Part shown: positions 63,201-64,000 of the stretch, one piece after another
How the letters are laid out: each line of letters opens with the position of its first letter
Position numbering within the stretch: position 1 is the stretch's first letter
From: Candidatus Binatia bacterium
Lineage (GTDB): Bacteria; Desulfobacterota; Binatia; UBA9968; CAXXLF01
Direction: 5' to 3'
NCBI GenBank assembly: GCA_963664015.2
Contig: CAXXLF010000001.1
Span: 672,001-736,000 of the forward strand
DNA: 64,000 nt
The notes under the pieces: model-generated
Database searches by the model: none
Seen by the model: the letters and a program-made list of their open reading frames with translations, nothing else
Told to the model about the DNA's origin: nothing
Translations under genes and position numbers: made by a program

Positions 63201-64000
63201 TTACTCGAAAAGTGGACGCCACTTTGCATAGACTCGGTTCCTCAACTCATCACTGGCCCTGTTGACAGGCGGAAACTCGTCACGCCACTCCCATGGCTTG
63301 CATGCGATGATCAAGGCGCGGCTGTTGGTGAACTCGTGGCGTTTCTTTCTTTCCGGTGAAATCATCGGGTCCAGCGGGCTGGCAGGACAGTCCTCCTGAA
63401 TCTGGAAGGAGGTCTTGGGATCCGAGCGCGTCGCCATCGCCCATAGAACCTGCTCCGAATTAGAGGGGTCGATGTCTTCATCGACGACAATCACCATCCG
63501 GCAGATATGGTGCAGCAGTCCCGAGGCTACCCGCCCGATTTGCCGTGCATGGCCGGCGTACTGCTGCTTTATGGAGACCACCTGGATCAGCGTCCCGCCG
63601 GTGTTGAGGGCGTAAACGCCCACGACCCCGGGCATCCCTGATTTCTCGAGGCCTTCCCACACCTCCATGCTCCCGTCGGGGGGGCACATCCAGAACAGCA
63701 CCGGCGGTTTCAGAGGAGGATCGCCGTGCAGGATCGGATCATTCCGGTGATAAAGGCTCTGGACTCGGATCACCTGGGCCATTCGTTCGCCACCTGCATA
63801 GTAACCTGTGTACTCACCAAAAGGTCATTCTATTTCCTGCTCAACGCTGGGCGATGGAACCTCCCCCCTCGAGTACGATCTCGGCGCTTGCGGGCAATGG
63901 CAGTCCGGTCCTGGGTCCGGTCATGATCTCTAAAGGCTCGCCCTTGAGAAACCCCGCGAACTCATACTCACCGGTCCCCCAAGGCACCCCATTGGCCGAT
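63201..64000 (-). pseudogene. UbiD-family decarboxylase (5' end outside window) with an in-frame TGA
   Basis: GLPLPASAEIVLEG...E*PFGEYTGYY (Gly of EGP replaced by a stop), VVDEDIDP, VLWAMATR. Confidence 0.82.

Noticed and set aside
63825-63827. In-frame TGA in UbiD as selenocysteine
   Set aside because: It replaces the Gly of the conserved EGPFGE motif (GGA to TGA), not a Cys

Overview
Bacterial chromosomal window of moderately high GC. The gene repertoire (NMT1-type binding proteins, UbiD, Rieske oxygenase, amidohydrolases, MetE-like, TctA/TctC) suggests Candidatus Binatia or a related deltaproteobacterial lineage; this is an inference. Intact housekeeping genes (gatA, gatB, argJ, secA, an rpoD-like sigma factor, typA, yqeY, era, crcB, xth, tupABC) are interleaved with accessory catabolic and redox genes and about 15 pseudogenes or fragments. 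Highlights: (1) a cobalt-type nitrile/thiocyanate-hydratase-like operon with unusual subunit architecture (free beta-C domain plus a beta-N/alpha fusion), followed by a CbtB-like peptide and a membrane protein; (2) two DsbA-family genes split by the ORF caller at an in-frame TGA that falls on the first Cys of CxxC, each followed by a SECIS-like hairpin (probable selenoproteins), plus a SenA-type selenoneine synthase; (3) a SecA with a ~275-aa helical insertion in its variable region; (4) inverted 7-nt tandem-repeat arms that flank a four-helix-bundle gene and also occur as two empty sites; (5) a dispersed IS200/IS605-hairpin-like MITE family; (6) a decayed IdrA/AioA-like molybdoenzyme. No rRNA, tRNA or CRISPR array was seen. 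Family assignments come from motif recognition, not database searches.
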